Shown: in pieces, positions 17,177 to 25,990 of the stretch
Layout of the letters: each line of letters opens with the position of its first letter
How positions within the stretch are numbered: the stretch's first letter is position 1
Source of the DNA: a bacterium
Lineage (GTDB): Bacteria; Patescibacteriota; Minisyncoccia; UBA6257; JAGOQP01
Direction of reading: 5' to 3'
DNA length: 64,000 nt
Assembly: GCA_021812345.1 (NCBI GenBank)
Contig: JAKANP010000001.1
Coordinates: forward strand, 54,979-118,978
The notes under the pieces: model-generated
Databases searched by the model: none
Seen by the model: the letters and a program-made list of their open reading frames with translations, nothing else
Told to the model about the DNA's origin: nothing
Translations under genes and position numbers: made by a program

Positions 17177-19539
17177 TGCAAAGCGTTATTATCACTTTAA
17201 TTATTGTTGTGAGTTTGGCCTCGTTTTTGGGCATAATTTGGTATGTTCTTTTAAAACAACAGAGGGAAAAAATAAAAAAATCTTTAAATTTAAAATTGTT
17301 AACAATCAAAATGCCCCGTCCGGATTTAACGGATTCCAGAGAGCATAATTTCAAAGAAGAAATAAATTTTTCGGAACAGCTTTTCAGTTCTCTTGCCTCG
17401 CTCAAGGAGATGACTGCTTTTGAAGTTGCAGTCCATCATGTCGGCGAGGAAATATTTTTTTATGTGGCGGTTCCTGAAAAAATGGTTTCTTTTATCAGTC
17501 GTCAGATAGAAGGAATTTTTAAGGACTCTCAAGTAACGGCTTCTCCCGAATATAATATTTTTCAACCGGGAGGATTTAACGCCGGATTTTATTTAAAACA
17601 AGACGCTCATTATTCGTTGCCGTTAAGAACTTATCTTGAATCCGAAGCCGATACTTTTTCTCCAATAGTCAGCGGACTTTCTAAAATTAATGAAATTGGT
17701 GAAGGCGCCGTTATCCAAGTTTTAATAAAATCCGCCCCGGAAAGTTATAAGAAAGGCATAGTTTCAATAATAAATTCTTTAAAAAAGGGAGAGAGTTTCA
17801 AAAAAATTGCCTCCACTAAAGCCATCGATTTAAAAGGTTGGGCTGATGTTTTAAAAGATAAAAAACCTGAAGATGATAAAAAACCTTCCATTATCGATGA
17901 AGAATCAATAAAATCGCTTGAAAGAAAAATTTCAAAACCTCTTTTTAAAGTTAATTATCGCGTATTGGTTTCTGCCATCAATCAATTTCAAACGGAGAAT
18001 ATTTTAGACGGTATTGCCGGGTCATTTAATCAATTTGAAGCGCCATTAAAAAATAAATTTAAAATAAATAAAGTAAAAAATTTCCAAAAATTCGCTTATC
18101 AGTTTTCTTTCAGAGATTTTGACGATTCTCAAGCGATGATTTTAAACACCGAAGAGATGGCCGGAATTTTTCACATGCCTTCGTCTTCCACATTATCTCC
18201 AAAGATCAAATGGATAAAATCAAAAGAATCTCCTCCGCCCTCAGAACTTCCCGATAACGGAACTTTGATTGGCCAAAGCAATTTTAGAGGGGAAGTAAAA
18301 CCGGTTTACATAACCGAAAGTGACAGACGCAGACACGTTTATTCTATCGGTCAAACCGGTGTCGGTAAAACAACATTGATGGTGGATATGATTTGGGATG
18401 ATATAAAAAAAGGCAAAGGAGCTTGTTATATTGACCCTCACGGAGATGCCATTGAAACTATTTTAGGATTGATTCCTAAAGAAAGGATGGACGATGTCAT
18501 TGTTTTTGATCCGGGATACACAAAAAAACCTATAGGATTGAACATGCTTGAATACAATTTTGATCATCCCGAAGAAAAAACTTTTATTGTTAACGAAATT
18601 CAGGGAATTTTTAATCGATTGTTTTTAGCTGAAACCATGGGCCCGATGTTTGAACAATATATGCGCAATTCGCTTTTATTGCTGATGGAAGATGCCGTCA
18701 ACGAGCCGGCTACATTTATTGATGTCCCGAGAGTTTTAACCGACGAAGAATTTCGTATTAAAAAATTATCAAGAATTACCAATCCGGTGGTTATAGATTT
18801 TTGGACAAAGGAGGCGAGCAAAGTCGGAGGTGAAGCGTCTTTGGCGAATATGGCTCCGTATATTACTTCCAAATTTAATAATTTTATTGCCAATGATTAT
18901 TTGAGGCCGATTATCGGACAAGCTAAATCGTCTTTTAATTTCAGGCAAATAATGGATGAGAAAAAAATTCTTTTGGTTAATTTATCCAAAGGAAAGATAG
19001 GAGATATCAATGCCGGACTTCTTGGAATGATAATCACGGGAAAATTGCTTATGGCGGCGCTTTCTCGGGTGGATATGGCCGAATCGGAAAGAAATGATTT
19101 TTATCTTCACATCGACGAGTTTCAAAACTTTACCACCGATTCCATTTCCACTATTTTATCGGAAGCCAGAAAGTATCGTCTTAACTTGAATATAACCCAT
19201 CAATTTATTGCTCAGCTTGAAGAAAAAATAAGAGATTCTGTTTTTGGAAACGTCGGTTCTATGGTTGTTTTCAGAGTTGGCGCTCAGGATGCGGAATTTT
19301 TAATCAAGCAATTTGAACCCGTGTTTACGCAATCGGATTTGATGAATATAGACAACTTTAATGCTTACGCCAAAATTTTGATTAACAATCAAACGTCCAA
19401 GCCGTTTAATATGAAAACGGTAATGTATCCCAAGCCGGATGTTGAGCTGGCTCAAAAAATAAAAGAGCTTTCTTTCTTAAAATACGGAAAAGACAGAGTG
19501 GAAGTAGAAAAAGAAATTATGGAAAAACTGAGAAGTTGA
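17176..19539 (+). CDS. membrane-anchored P-loop ATPase of the FtsK/HerA/VirD4(TraG)-like type (T4 coupling-protein-like)
   Basis: N-terminal TM. Walker A SIGQTGVGKTT, Walker B FYLHIDEFQNF. The C-terminal RKYRLNLNITHQFIAQLEEKIRDSVFGNVGSMVVFRVG resembles the TraG/TraD C-terminal motif. Confidence 0.6.
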   Translation: MQSVIITLIIVVSLASFLGIIWYVLLKQQREKIKKSLNLKLLTIKMPRPDLTDSREHNFKEEINFSEQLFSSLASLKEMTAFEVAVHHVGEEIFFYVAVPEKMVSFISRQIEGIFKDSQVTASPEYNIFQPGGFNAGFYLKQDAHYSLPLRTYLESEADTFSPIVSGLSKINEIGEGAVIQVLIKSAPESYKKGIVSIINSLKKGESFKKIASTKAIDLKGWADVLKDKKPEDDKKPSIIDEESIKSLERKISKPLFKVNYRVLVSAINQFQTENILDGIAGSFNQFEAPLKNKFKINKVKNFQKFAYQFSFRDFDDSQAMILNTEEMAGIFHMPSSSTLSPKIKWIKSKESPPPSELPDNGTLIGQSNFRGEVKPVYITESDRRRHVYSIGQTGVGKTTLMVDMIWDDIKKGKGACYIDPHGDAIETILGLIPKERMDDVIVFDPGYTKKPIGLNMLEYNFDHPEEKTFIVNEIQGIFNRLFLAETMGPMFEQYMRNSLLLLMEDAVNEPATFIDVPRVLTDEEFRIKKLSRITNPVVIDFWTKEASKVGGEASLANMAPYITSKFNNFIANDYLRPIIGQAKSSFNFRQIMDEKKILLVNLSKGKIGDINAGLLGMIITGKLLMAALSRVDMAESERNDFYLHIDEFQNFTTDSISTILSEARKYRLNLNITHQFIAQLEEKIRDSVFGNVGSMVVFRVGAQDAEFLIKQFEPVFTQSDLMNIDNFNAYAKILINNQTSKPFNMKTVMYPKPDVELAQKIKELSFLKYGKDRVEVEKEIMEKLRS

Positions 19540-19582
19540 CGGCTTTATTTTGATTTGTTTTTATTGTATATTTTTTACGCTT

Positions 19583-19655
19583 GCCACCTTAGCTCAGCTG
19601 GTAGAGCAGCGCTTTCGTAAAGCGAAGATCCGCGGTTCAAATCCGCGAGGTGGCT
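19583..19655 (+). tRNA. tRNA-Thr (anticodon CGU)
   Basis: 73-nt cloverleaf: acceptor GCCACCU/AGGUGGC, D-arm GCUC/GAGC, anticodon loop UUCGUAA, T-arm CGCGG-UUCAAAU-CCGCG. There is one G.A mismatch at the top of the anticodon stem. Confidence 0.8.
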
Positions 19656-19663
19656 CAAAACCT

Positions 19664-20747
19664 ATGATTCAAAAAGAGTATGAATTAAAAATTAACGAGC
19701 TTCTTCAACGCCTCCAACAGCTAGGAGGCTGGCTTTGACGTAGAATCAAAACAAAACAGAATGAAAGAAATCCAGGCTCTTATGCAAGATTCTGATTTTT
19801 GGAAAAACAAAAATTCCGCCGATGAAACAATAAAAGAAATGGGCGACATCCAAAATGTTTTGGATAAATATCTTAAAGCTCAAAAAATGGTTGAAGAACT
19901 TGTAAAAAACAGCGAAGAAATAAACGAGGACGAATATTATAAAACGGAAAAAATAATAAAAGAACTTGAAATAAAAAAATTATTCAAAAACGAGTTTGAT
20001 TCCGGAAATGCCATAGTTTCTATTTATGCCGGCGCCGGGGGACAGGACGCGGCCGATTGGGTTCACATGCTTTATCTGATGTATGAAAAATATTCTCAAA
20101 AAAAAGATTGGAAAATATCGGTAATCGATTCCGCTCAAGAATCGGGAGAAGCAAGAACTGGAAGGACTTCGTTAAAAAATATAACTTTTGAAATAAAAGG
20201 GAATTATGCTTACGGCTATTTAAAAAAAGAGAGCGGCGTTCATCGTTTAGTGAGAGTTTCTCCTTTTTCGGCTCAAGGGCTAAGGCACACTTCGTTTGCT
20301 TTGGTTGAAGTTTTACCTGAAATAAAAGAAAGTTCTTTAAAAATAAATCCGGCTGATTTGAAAGTTGAATTTTATCGCTCTTCCGGACCCGGAGGACAAA
20401 ATGTAAATAAAGTTGAAACAGCCGTAAGAATAGTTCACTTGCCTACGGGACTTTCCGCGTCGTCTCAAGTGGAGCGCTCTCAATCACAAAACAGGGACAA
20501 GGCTATGAAAATTTTGGAAGCCAAGCTTATTCAATTGATGGAAAAAGAAAGAGTCAAAGAAATTGAAAAAATAAAAACAAAGGTCAAGCCGGAATGGGGA
20601 AGTCAGATAAGGTCTTATGTCTTAAATCCCTACAAACTTGTTAAAGACCATCGCACCGAACATGAAACAACTCAAATTGACAAGGTGATTGAAGGAGGAG
20701 ATTTGGACGGATTCATAGAATCGGAATTGACTGCCGATAATATCTGA
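19664..20747 (+). CDS. prfB: peptide chain release factor 2 with programmed +1 frameshift
   Basis: Frame 0 runs ATG 19664 to CTT 19733-19735 (MIQKEYELKINELLQRLQQLGGWL), then an in-frame UGA at 19736-19738. An AGGAGG SD-like element lies 4 nt upstream of CUU UGA C. The +1 frame continues DVESKQNRMKEIQALMQDSDFW... with SPF and GGQ motifs, in frame from 19737 to 20747. Confidence 0.88.
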
Positions 20748-20805
20748 TAAAATCTTCATAAAGCGTTTGGATTTTTTTAAAGCGCGTGATATAATTATTT
20801 TCGTT

Positions 20806-21498
20806 ATGATTATTTTTCAAGGAGTATCAAAAATTTATAAAGGCGACGATCATGAATTAGTAGCTCTTGATAATGTCAGTTTTAAAATCAATCCCAAAGA
20901 ATTTGTTTCTTTAGTGGGGAAATCAGGCGCCGGAAAATCAACTATAATAAAACTTTTAACGGGAGAAGAAAAACCTACCAAAGGCAGAATTATTTTTGGT
21001 TCTTATGATGTTACCAAAGTAAAGAATAACGAACTTTATCAAATGAGGCGCCATATCGGCACCATTTTCCAGGACTTTAAATTGCTTCCGGAAAAAACCG
21101 CCTTTGAAAATGTGGCTTTTGCTTTAGAAGCTTCGGGAAGGCCCGAAGGAGAAATCACCGAACTTGTCCCGAAAGCGTTGGATATGGTGGGACTTTCTTC
21201 AAAAATAAAAAGTTTTCCCAGAGAAATGTCCGGTGGAGAAAAACAAAGAGTTGCTATTGCCCGCGCTATGATAAATAATCCCGATGTTATAATTGCCGAT
21301 GAGCCAACCGGGAATCTGGACCCTATAAACAGCAACGATATTATAAAACTTCTTTTAAAAATCAATGAACTTGGAACAACTATAATTTTAGCCACTCACA
21401 ATAAAGACGTGATTAATAATTTAAGCAAACGAGTTATCAGTCTTGAGTCGGGACAAATAATTCGCGACGAAGAGGAAGGGAAATATATTTTATTTTAA
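20806..21498 (+). CDS. ftsE: cell division ATP-binding protein FtsE
   Basis: ABC ATPase: Walker A GKSGAGKST, signature LSGGEKQRV, Walker B IIADEPT. Followed by ftsX. Confidence 0.87.
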   Translation: MIIFQGVSKIYKGDDHELVALDNVSFKINPKEFVSLVGKSGAGKSTIIKLLTGEEKPTKGRIIFGSYDVTKVKNNELYQMRRHIGTIFQDFKLLPEKTAFENVAFALEASGRPEGEITELVPKALDMVGLSSKIKSFPREMSGGEKQRVAIARAMINNPDVIIADEPTGNLDPINSNDIIKLLLKINELGTTIILATHNKDVINNLSKRVISLESGQIIRDEEEGKYILF

Positions 21499-21507
21499 GA
21501 TTTAAAA

Positions 21508-22416
21508 ATGGTTACTACTTTTTTCAGAATAATCAAATACGGCAAGCAAAATTTTTCAAGAAACGCTTGGCTTTCCACCGCGACTATTGCCATCATGGTT
21601 TTAGCATTATTAGTTTTTATGGGTTTGATAATTTTTAATGTTCTCACCAGAACTGTTATCTCCAGCATTGAAGATAAAATTGATATCAGTGTTTATTTCA
21701 AAACTACTACCGCCGAAGATGATATTTTGAGAATAAAATCGACTTTACAAGGATTGCCCGAAGTAAAAAGCGTCGATTATATTTCCAAAGACGAGGCGCT
21801 GGCTATTTTTAAAGACAAGCACGCTAACGATCAGACAATATCTCAGGCGATTTCGCAATTAACCGATAATCCGCTTTTAGCTTCTTTAAACATCAAAGCA
21901 CGCAACCCGAGCGATTATCAGGCAATTTCCGATTATCTTAACAACGACTCTATCAGTCCGTTTGTTGATAAAGTTTCTTACGCTCAAAATGCCGGCGTGA
22001 TAGACAGATTGAATAAAATAACAACAACCGCTAAGAATGGAGGATTGGGTCTTGCTATAGTTATGTCGTTAATAGCAATGTTGATAACTTTCAACACTAT
22101 TCGTTTGGCTATTTATTCGAACAGAGAAAGCGTAAACATTATGCGTCTTGTCGGTGGTTCCAACTTTTTTATCCGAGGGCCATTTTTGATTGAAGGAATT
22201 TTATATGGAGTAATTTCGGCGATTGTAAGCTTGATTATTTTGGCGCCGATAATTTATTTTGTTTCTCCTTATACCAACGCTGTTATTCCGGAATTAAACT
22301 TGTGGAGTTATTTTGTCGGCAGGTTGCCCGTATTGCTTGTTTATCAACTTTTGTTTGGTATCGGACTTGGAATAATTTCCAGCTTCATCGCTATCGGAAA
22401 GTATTTGAAAAATTAA
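21508..22416 (+). CDS. ftsX: cell division permease FtsX
   Basis: 4-TM FtsX topology with a large periplasmic loop after TM1. Follows ftsE. Confidence 0.85.
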   Translation: MVTTFFRIIKYGKQNFSRNAWLSTATIAIMVLALLVFMGLIIFNVLTRTVISSIEDKIDISVYFKTTTAEDDILRIKSTLQGLPEVKSVDYISKDEALAIFKDKHANDQTISQAISQLTDNPLLASLNIKARNPSDYQAISDYLNNDSISPFVDKVSYAQNAGVIDRLNKITTTAKNGGLGLAIVMSLIAMLITFNTIRLAIYSNRESVNIMRLVGGSNFFIRGPFLIEGILYGVISAIVSLIILAPIIYFVSPYTNAVIPELNLWSYFVGRLPVLLVYQLLFGIGLGIISSFIAIGKYLKN

Positions 22417-22430
22417 TTTTAAAAAAACAA

Positions 22431-22458
22431 AATCGCCTTGAATTAAGGCGATTTTTAG
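22431..22458 (+). terminator. Rho-independent terminator after ftsX
   Basis: aatcgcctt gaatt aaggcgatt followed by TTTTT. Confidence 0.5.
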
Positions 22459-22488
22459 TTTATTTTTATTAAGGACTTTTATATTTAA

Positions 22489-22559
22489 TGGGGGATCGTC
22501 TAATGGTAGGACATGGGCCTTTGAAGCCCAGTATCGGGGTTCGAATCCCTGTCCCCCAG
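22489..22559 (+). tRNA. tRNA-Gln (anticodon UUG)
   Basis: UGGGGGA acceptor pairs with UCCCCCA. D-loop AAUGGUA. Anticodon arm UGGGC-CUUUGAA-GCCCA. T-arm CGGGG-UUCGAAU-CCCUG. Discriminator G. CCA is not encoded. Confidence 0.85.
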
Positions 22560-22561
22560 CA

Positions 22562-22830
22562 AAATAAATACACTCTTGTGGTGTATTTTATTTTGCATGG
22601 GAAGTCCCGAAACTGCTTTCGGGACGTCAGGGATTTTAAACGACGTAGCTTGTTCCGCTCAGCAGAGCGGAACGCGAGTCGGTGCTTAGACCAATTCTAC
22701 TCGACGGAGTAGAATTGAGTCGAAGGAGATTCCCTGCCGCGCCCGTCCGAAACTTTAGTGAAGGAGGGTCCCCCAGCCGATTTTTAAGCGTAAAAATCGC
22801 GTCGGAATGAGTACATTTCCGACGTCGTCC
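22562..22830 (+). ncRNA. Candidate structured RNA of unknown class (six strong hairpins, locally GC-rich)
   Basis: Perfect stems at 22567-22587 (6 bp), 22604-22625 (9 bp), 22652-22672 (8 bp), 22693-22716 (10 bp), 22778-22799 (9 bp) and 22800-22824 (8 bp). No ORF. GC is well above the local background. Confidence 0.3.
22768..22777 (+). repeat. 10-nt direct repeat of the tRNA-Gln(UUG) 3' end (gtcccccagc)
   Basis: Identical 10-mer at 22551-22560 (tRNA 3' end) and 22768-22777. Confidence 0.5.
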
Positions 22831-22948
22831 ACTATCTCTTTATTTTGTGTACAGCAAGCAACTTGGGTCAAAAATTTAAAGAATAGTAAGTTTCTTGTAT
22901 TAATCTTCCATTTGCTGATATACTGAATAAACAATTAAAAAAATATAT

Positions 22949-23074
22949 ATGGGCAAAAGAAACACAAGCACCGGCAGACGCAGGCCGTCAAAATCTCATA
23001 AGACTAAAAAAAGACTGGAGGCAAAGAGACTTATGCTTGAATCAAAGAAAAAGAAACATCTTTCAAAAAAATAA
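22949..23074 (+). CDS. possible small highly basic protein (41 aa)
   Basis: MGKRNTSTGRRRPSKSHKTKKRLEAKRLMLESKKKKHLSKK. Composition resembles a small ribosomal protein or nucleic-acid-binding peptide. It falls below the ORF-track size cutoff. Confidence 0.25.
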   Translation: MGKRNTSTGRRRPSKSHKTKKRLEAKRLMLESKKKKHLSKK

Positions 23075-23302
23075 AATCCGAACAAAAAATCGTCAATCAG
23101 GCGGTTTTTTGTTTCTTCTGTGCTTTGCAAGCTGCAAACGGACGCAGTAAAATAAATTCGTGCAACCGGGGGTCGGGAGATCGTCTTCAATTAATAAATT
23201 AATCGGCAAAATATATGAAAAAAATAAATATCAATAAAATGCGTAAAAAAATACTTTAATTATTAATTTGTAAAAATTTCAAAAATGATTTAATATAAAC
23301 AT

Positions 23303-24277
23303 ATGAACAAAAAAATTAATATTTTATTTTTATCGCTCTTTGCCTTGATCGGAGTTGTTTTTGTAATTCCTCATTCCGTGTTAGCTGATGGACCGGAGTT
23401 TTTACCTCCTGCATGTGGACAATACGATGGAAATCAACGTACTTGTAGTTTTTATACGGTTAGTCGTGATATGAATATAACTCCCGAACTTACAAACTCA
23501 TTTGTGTTTGTAACTCATTTGAGAAATAAAGATATGATAGGATATGTAGATCAAAGTCTAACAAATGCGGACTATAAGTTGCAGAATTTTGTCTCAACGA
23601 CAGGGATTATTGATGAAGCAGTTGATAAAAATTATTTTAATGAAAATGGCGGAATAAATAATCTTTTTACAAAAACAGATATTATAAAAGTAGCAGCGTC
23701 TTCTTCGTGTCCGAGTGGATATCAAATAATCGACGTTCCCATAGACCAGAATGGAAATAGTACATGCGCCAAAGAAGCAGCTCCAAAACCAGAGACAAAA
23801 AAACATATGTTTAGTATATGGGTAGTAGCAACAGATAAATACGATTCTCCTTCCGCTAAACCCGGAAATTTGGTGCCTTGGAATCAGGGAGACCACATTG
23901 ATCCATTTGTTCAGACAACTTTAGGTAATCCAATTACTATAAAAATATTAAGATACAGTCCTCTGGGAATTTTGAATAATAAAATAATTTTTTATCGCTC
24001 TCAAGAAATTTATTATATTAATCAAGGAACCGAAAAAACCATCTCCAGACAAACAAACTTATCGGCACCTACCGTTCAAGGGATCAAACCATTTTCGGCG
24101 GCACAAACAAATGTTGTAACAAATATCCAGGCAAATACAACTACCACAACTGTTTCTGCTACAACTAGTCAAAATGACAACAAGCCGGTTACCGTCAATT
24201 CTCCATCTTTAATTGGTTATATAAAATCTTTTTTCTCCGGATTTGGTAATCTTGTGCGAATACTTTTCCGCTTCTAA
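23303..24277 (+). CDS. secreted hypothetical protein (signal peptide, Cys pairs, C-terminal hydrophobic tail)
   Basis: N-terminal MNKKINILFLSLFALIGVVFVIPHSVLA signal-like segment. No catalytic motif recognised. Confidence 0.5.
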   Translation: MNKKINILFLSLFALIGVVFVIPHSVLADGPEFLPPACGQYDGNQRTCSFYTVSRDMNITPELTNSFVFVTHLRNKDMIGYVDQSLTNADYKLQNFVSTTGIIDEAVDKNYFNENGGINNLFTKTDIIKVAASSSCPSGYQIIDVPIDQNGNSTCAKEAAPKPETKKHMFSIWVVATDKYDSPSAKPGNLVPWNQGDHIDPFVQTTLGNPITIKILRYSPLGILNNKIIFYRSQEIYYINQGTEKTISRQTNLSAPTVQGIKPFSAAQTNVVTNIQANTTTTTVSATTSQNDNKPVTVNSPSLIGYIKSFFSGFGNLVRILFRF

Positions 24278-24280
24278 CTA

Positions 24281-24661
24281 ATGATTCCTTACACATATCA
24301 ATTTCTTTTCTCTCTGTTTGGAACCGTTGTAATTGAAACGGCGGTTCTTATTATCCTGGTGCGATTAATTTTTAAAATCGACCAACAAAAAATCGAATTA
24401 AAAGTTCTCTTGACTGCGGGTGTCTTTGCCAACTTAAGTACAATATCTTATGTTTGGTATGTTATTCCCATTTTGACATTTTGGAATCTTCCACTCGCCA
24501 TTGCTATCGGAGAGATATTCGCTTTTCTGATGGAAGCTATTTTTTACGAGGTATTTTTAAAATTTAACTTCAAAAGAGCTCTTATGGTATCGTTTTTATG
24601 TAATATCAGTTCGTTCATATTAATGACCCCACTACTTAAAGCATTTATCCTTTTTTCTTAA
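24281..24661 (+). CDS. small polytopic membrane protein (about 4 TM)
   Basis: Hydrophobic helices throughout. Starts 4 nt after the upstream stop. Confidence 0.45.
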   Translation: MIPYTYQFLFSLFGTVVIETAVLIILVRLIFKIDQQKIELKVLLTAGVFANLSTISYVWYVIPILTFWNLPLAIAIGEIFAFLMEAIFYEVFLKFNFKRALMVSFLCNISSFILMTPLLKAFILFS

Positions 24662-24823
24662 TTGAAACATATTTAAATCCAGGTTTTTTAAAATAGGTTT
24701 AAATTTTTTATATTTGATAATAATTCAATTTAAAACAAAAACAAAACGGGCTAATGGAAAAAGTATCCTATAGTGATATACTCAAATTAGCAAACAAATT
24801 TTCAAAAAAAGAGAGGGGGGGAT

Positions 24824-25912
24824 ATGATACTACTGCCCAAGATTGCTATTCGTGGCTTAGGGCGAGAAATTATTTTTATTCAAGGGGGAATGGGTGCAGG
24901 TATTTCTCTTGCGCCTCTTGCCGGAGCGGTTGCTCGGAGAGGTGGCGTTGGAACGGTATCTTTTGTCGCCTTGGATAGATTTGTTGAGCGTCGCATAGGC
25001 CATAAAGTGAGCCATCATGAAGCCGCCGAACTTGAAATTCAAGAAGCGCGACGAATTTCCTGTGGCAATGGCGCAATCGCCATTAATTGTATGGTCTTGA
25101 TTGAAAGGACATATATTCCTTCAATAGAAGGCGCAATTGATGGCGGAGTAAATGCAATTATTGCCGGTGCGGGTTTGCCTATGACTTTGCCTGAAATTGT
25201 AGATAATGCACCCGTTTCGCTAATTCCCATCATTTCTTCCGGTAGGGCATTGGAACTAATATGCCGTCGCTGGAGCCGTTATGAAAAAATACCCGACGCA
25301 GCAATTCTTGAAGGGCCACTTGCGGGAGGACATCTTGCTTTTAGAGCTGAAGATATTTTCAAACAAGAATTTCAGTTGGAAGCGATATTTGAACGAGTTA
25401 AAATAATCGCTCAGAAAAACGGAAATTTTCCGATAATTGTGGCTGGTGGCATTTATACTCGTGAAGATATTATTTGGTGGATTAATGCCGGAGCCGATGG
25501 TGTACAGATGGGGACTCGCTTTGCCGCAACACACGAAAGTGGCGCATCAAAAGAGTTTAAAAATGCCATTGTTGCTTGTTGCTCAGAGGATATAGAAATA
25601 GCAACCAACCCGGGATCACCGGCAGGATTACCATTTCGTGTTATCCGTACTTCACCTGGGTACCAACAAGCACTGATTCATGGAAGAAAAATTTTATGCG
25701 ATAAGCAATATCTATTGAATAAAGACAAGAGCGGCCGTTTGGGATGCCCCGCTTTGGATGGTAATGATGCTTTTTGTATCTGTAACGCTCTTTTATCCGC
25801 AGCGGATTGTAATAACGTATCCGAATTGCCGATCTTTACCGTTGGAGCGAATGCGGCTCGTGTAGATCGCATTCTCTTCGTTGATGAATTGATGGATGAA
25901 TTAATAGGGTGA
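24824..25912 (+). CDS. NMO-family FMN oxidoreductase (nitronate monooxygenase / FabK-like TIM barrel) with C-terminal Cys-rich extension
   Basis: IIFIQGGMGAGISLAPLAGAVARRGGVGTV matches the NMO/FabK GGMG.G.S N-terminal signature. GG-rich RBS upstream. GC is about 48% against a background near 35%. Confidence 0.72.
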   Translation: MILLPKIAIRGLGREIIFIQGGMGAGISLAPLAGAVARRGGVGTVSFVALDRFVERRIGHKVSHHEAAELEIQEARRISCGNGAIAINCMVLIERTYIPSIEGAIDGGVNAIIAGAGLPMTLPEIVDNAPVSLIPIISSGRALELICRRWSRYEKIPDAAILEGPLAGGHLAFRAEDIFKQEFQLEAIFERVKIIAQKNGNFPIIVAGGIYTREDIIWWINAGADGVQMGTRFAATHESGASKEFKNAIVACCSEDIEIATNPGSPAGLPFRVIRTSPGYQQALIHGRKILCDKQYLLNKDKSGRLGCPALDGNDAFCICNALLSAADCNNVSELPIFTVGANAARVDRILFVDELMDELIG

Positions 25913-25990
25913 CGCTTAGCTAATTTCTACTAAGCGTCTTTTTTTAAATAATTTAAAATAAAAAATTTATCATATTAATGATACAAATTA

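Noticed and set aside
19550-19738. 62-aa ORF from the six-frame track
   Set aside because: Its 5' two-thirds overlaps tRNA-Thr. The real coding part is only the 24-codon frame-0 segment of prfB ending at the frameshift site.
22488-22712. 74-aa ORF overlapping tRNA-Gln(UUG) and the structured segment
   Set aside because: It begins inside a tRNA and runs through hairpin-rich GC sequence. The composition is an artefact of the RNA structure.
22560-22940. tmRNA, RNase P RNA or SRP RNA as the identity of the structured segment
   Set aside because: No tRNA-like 5'/3' pairing or tag-peptide ORF (tmRNA). No GGAAAGUCCGG / CCGGCUUA P4 elements (RNase P). No GGAA-capped helix-8 motif (SRP). It stays unclassified rather than assigned.
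24754-24978. 74-aa ORF overlapping the NMO gene start
   Set aside because: It is in a different frame within a high-GC coding region with no independent support. The NMO frame carries the GGMG.G.S signature.
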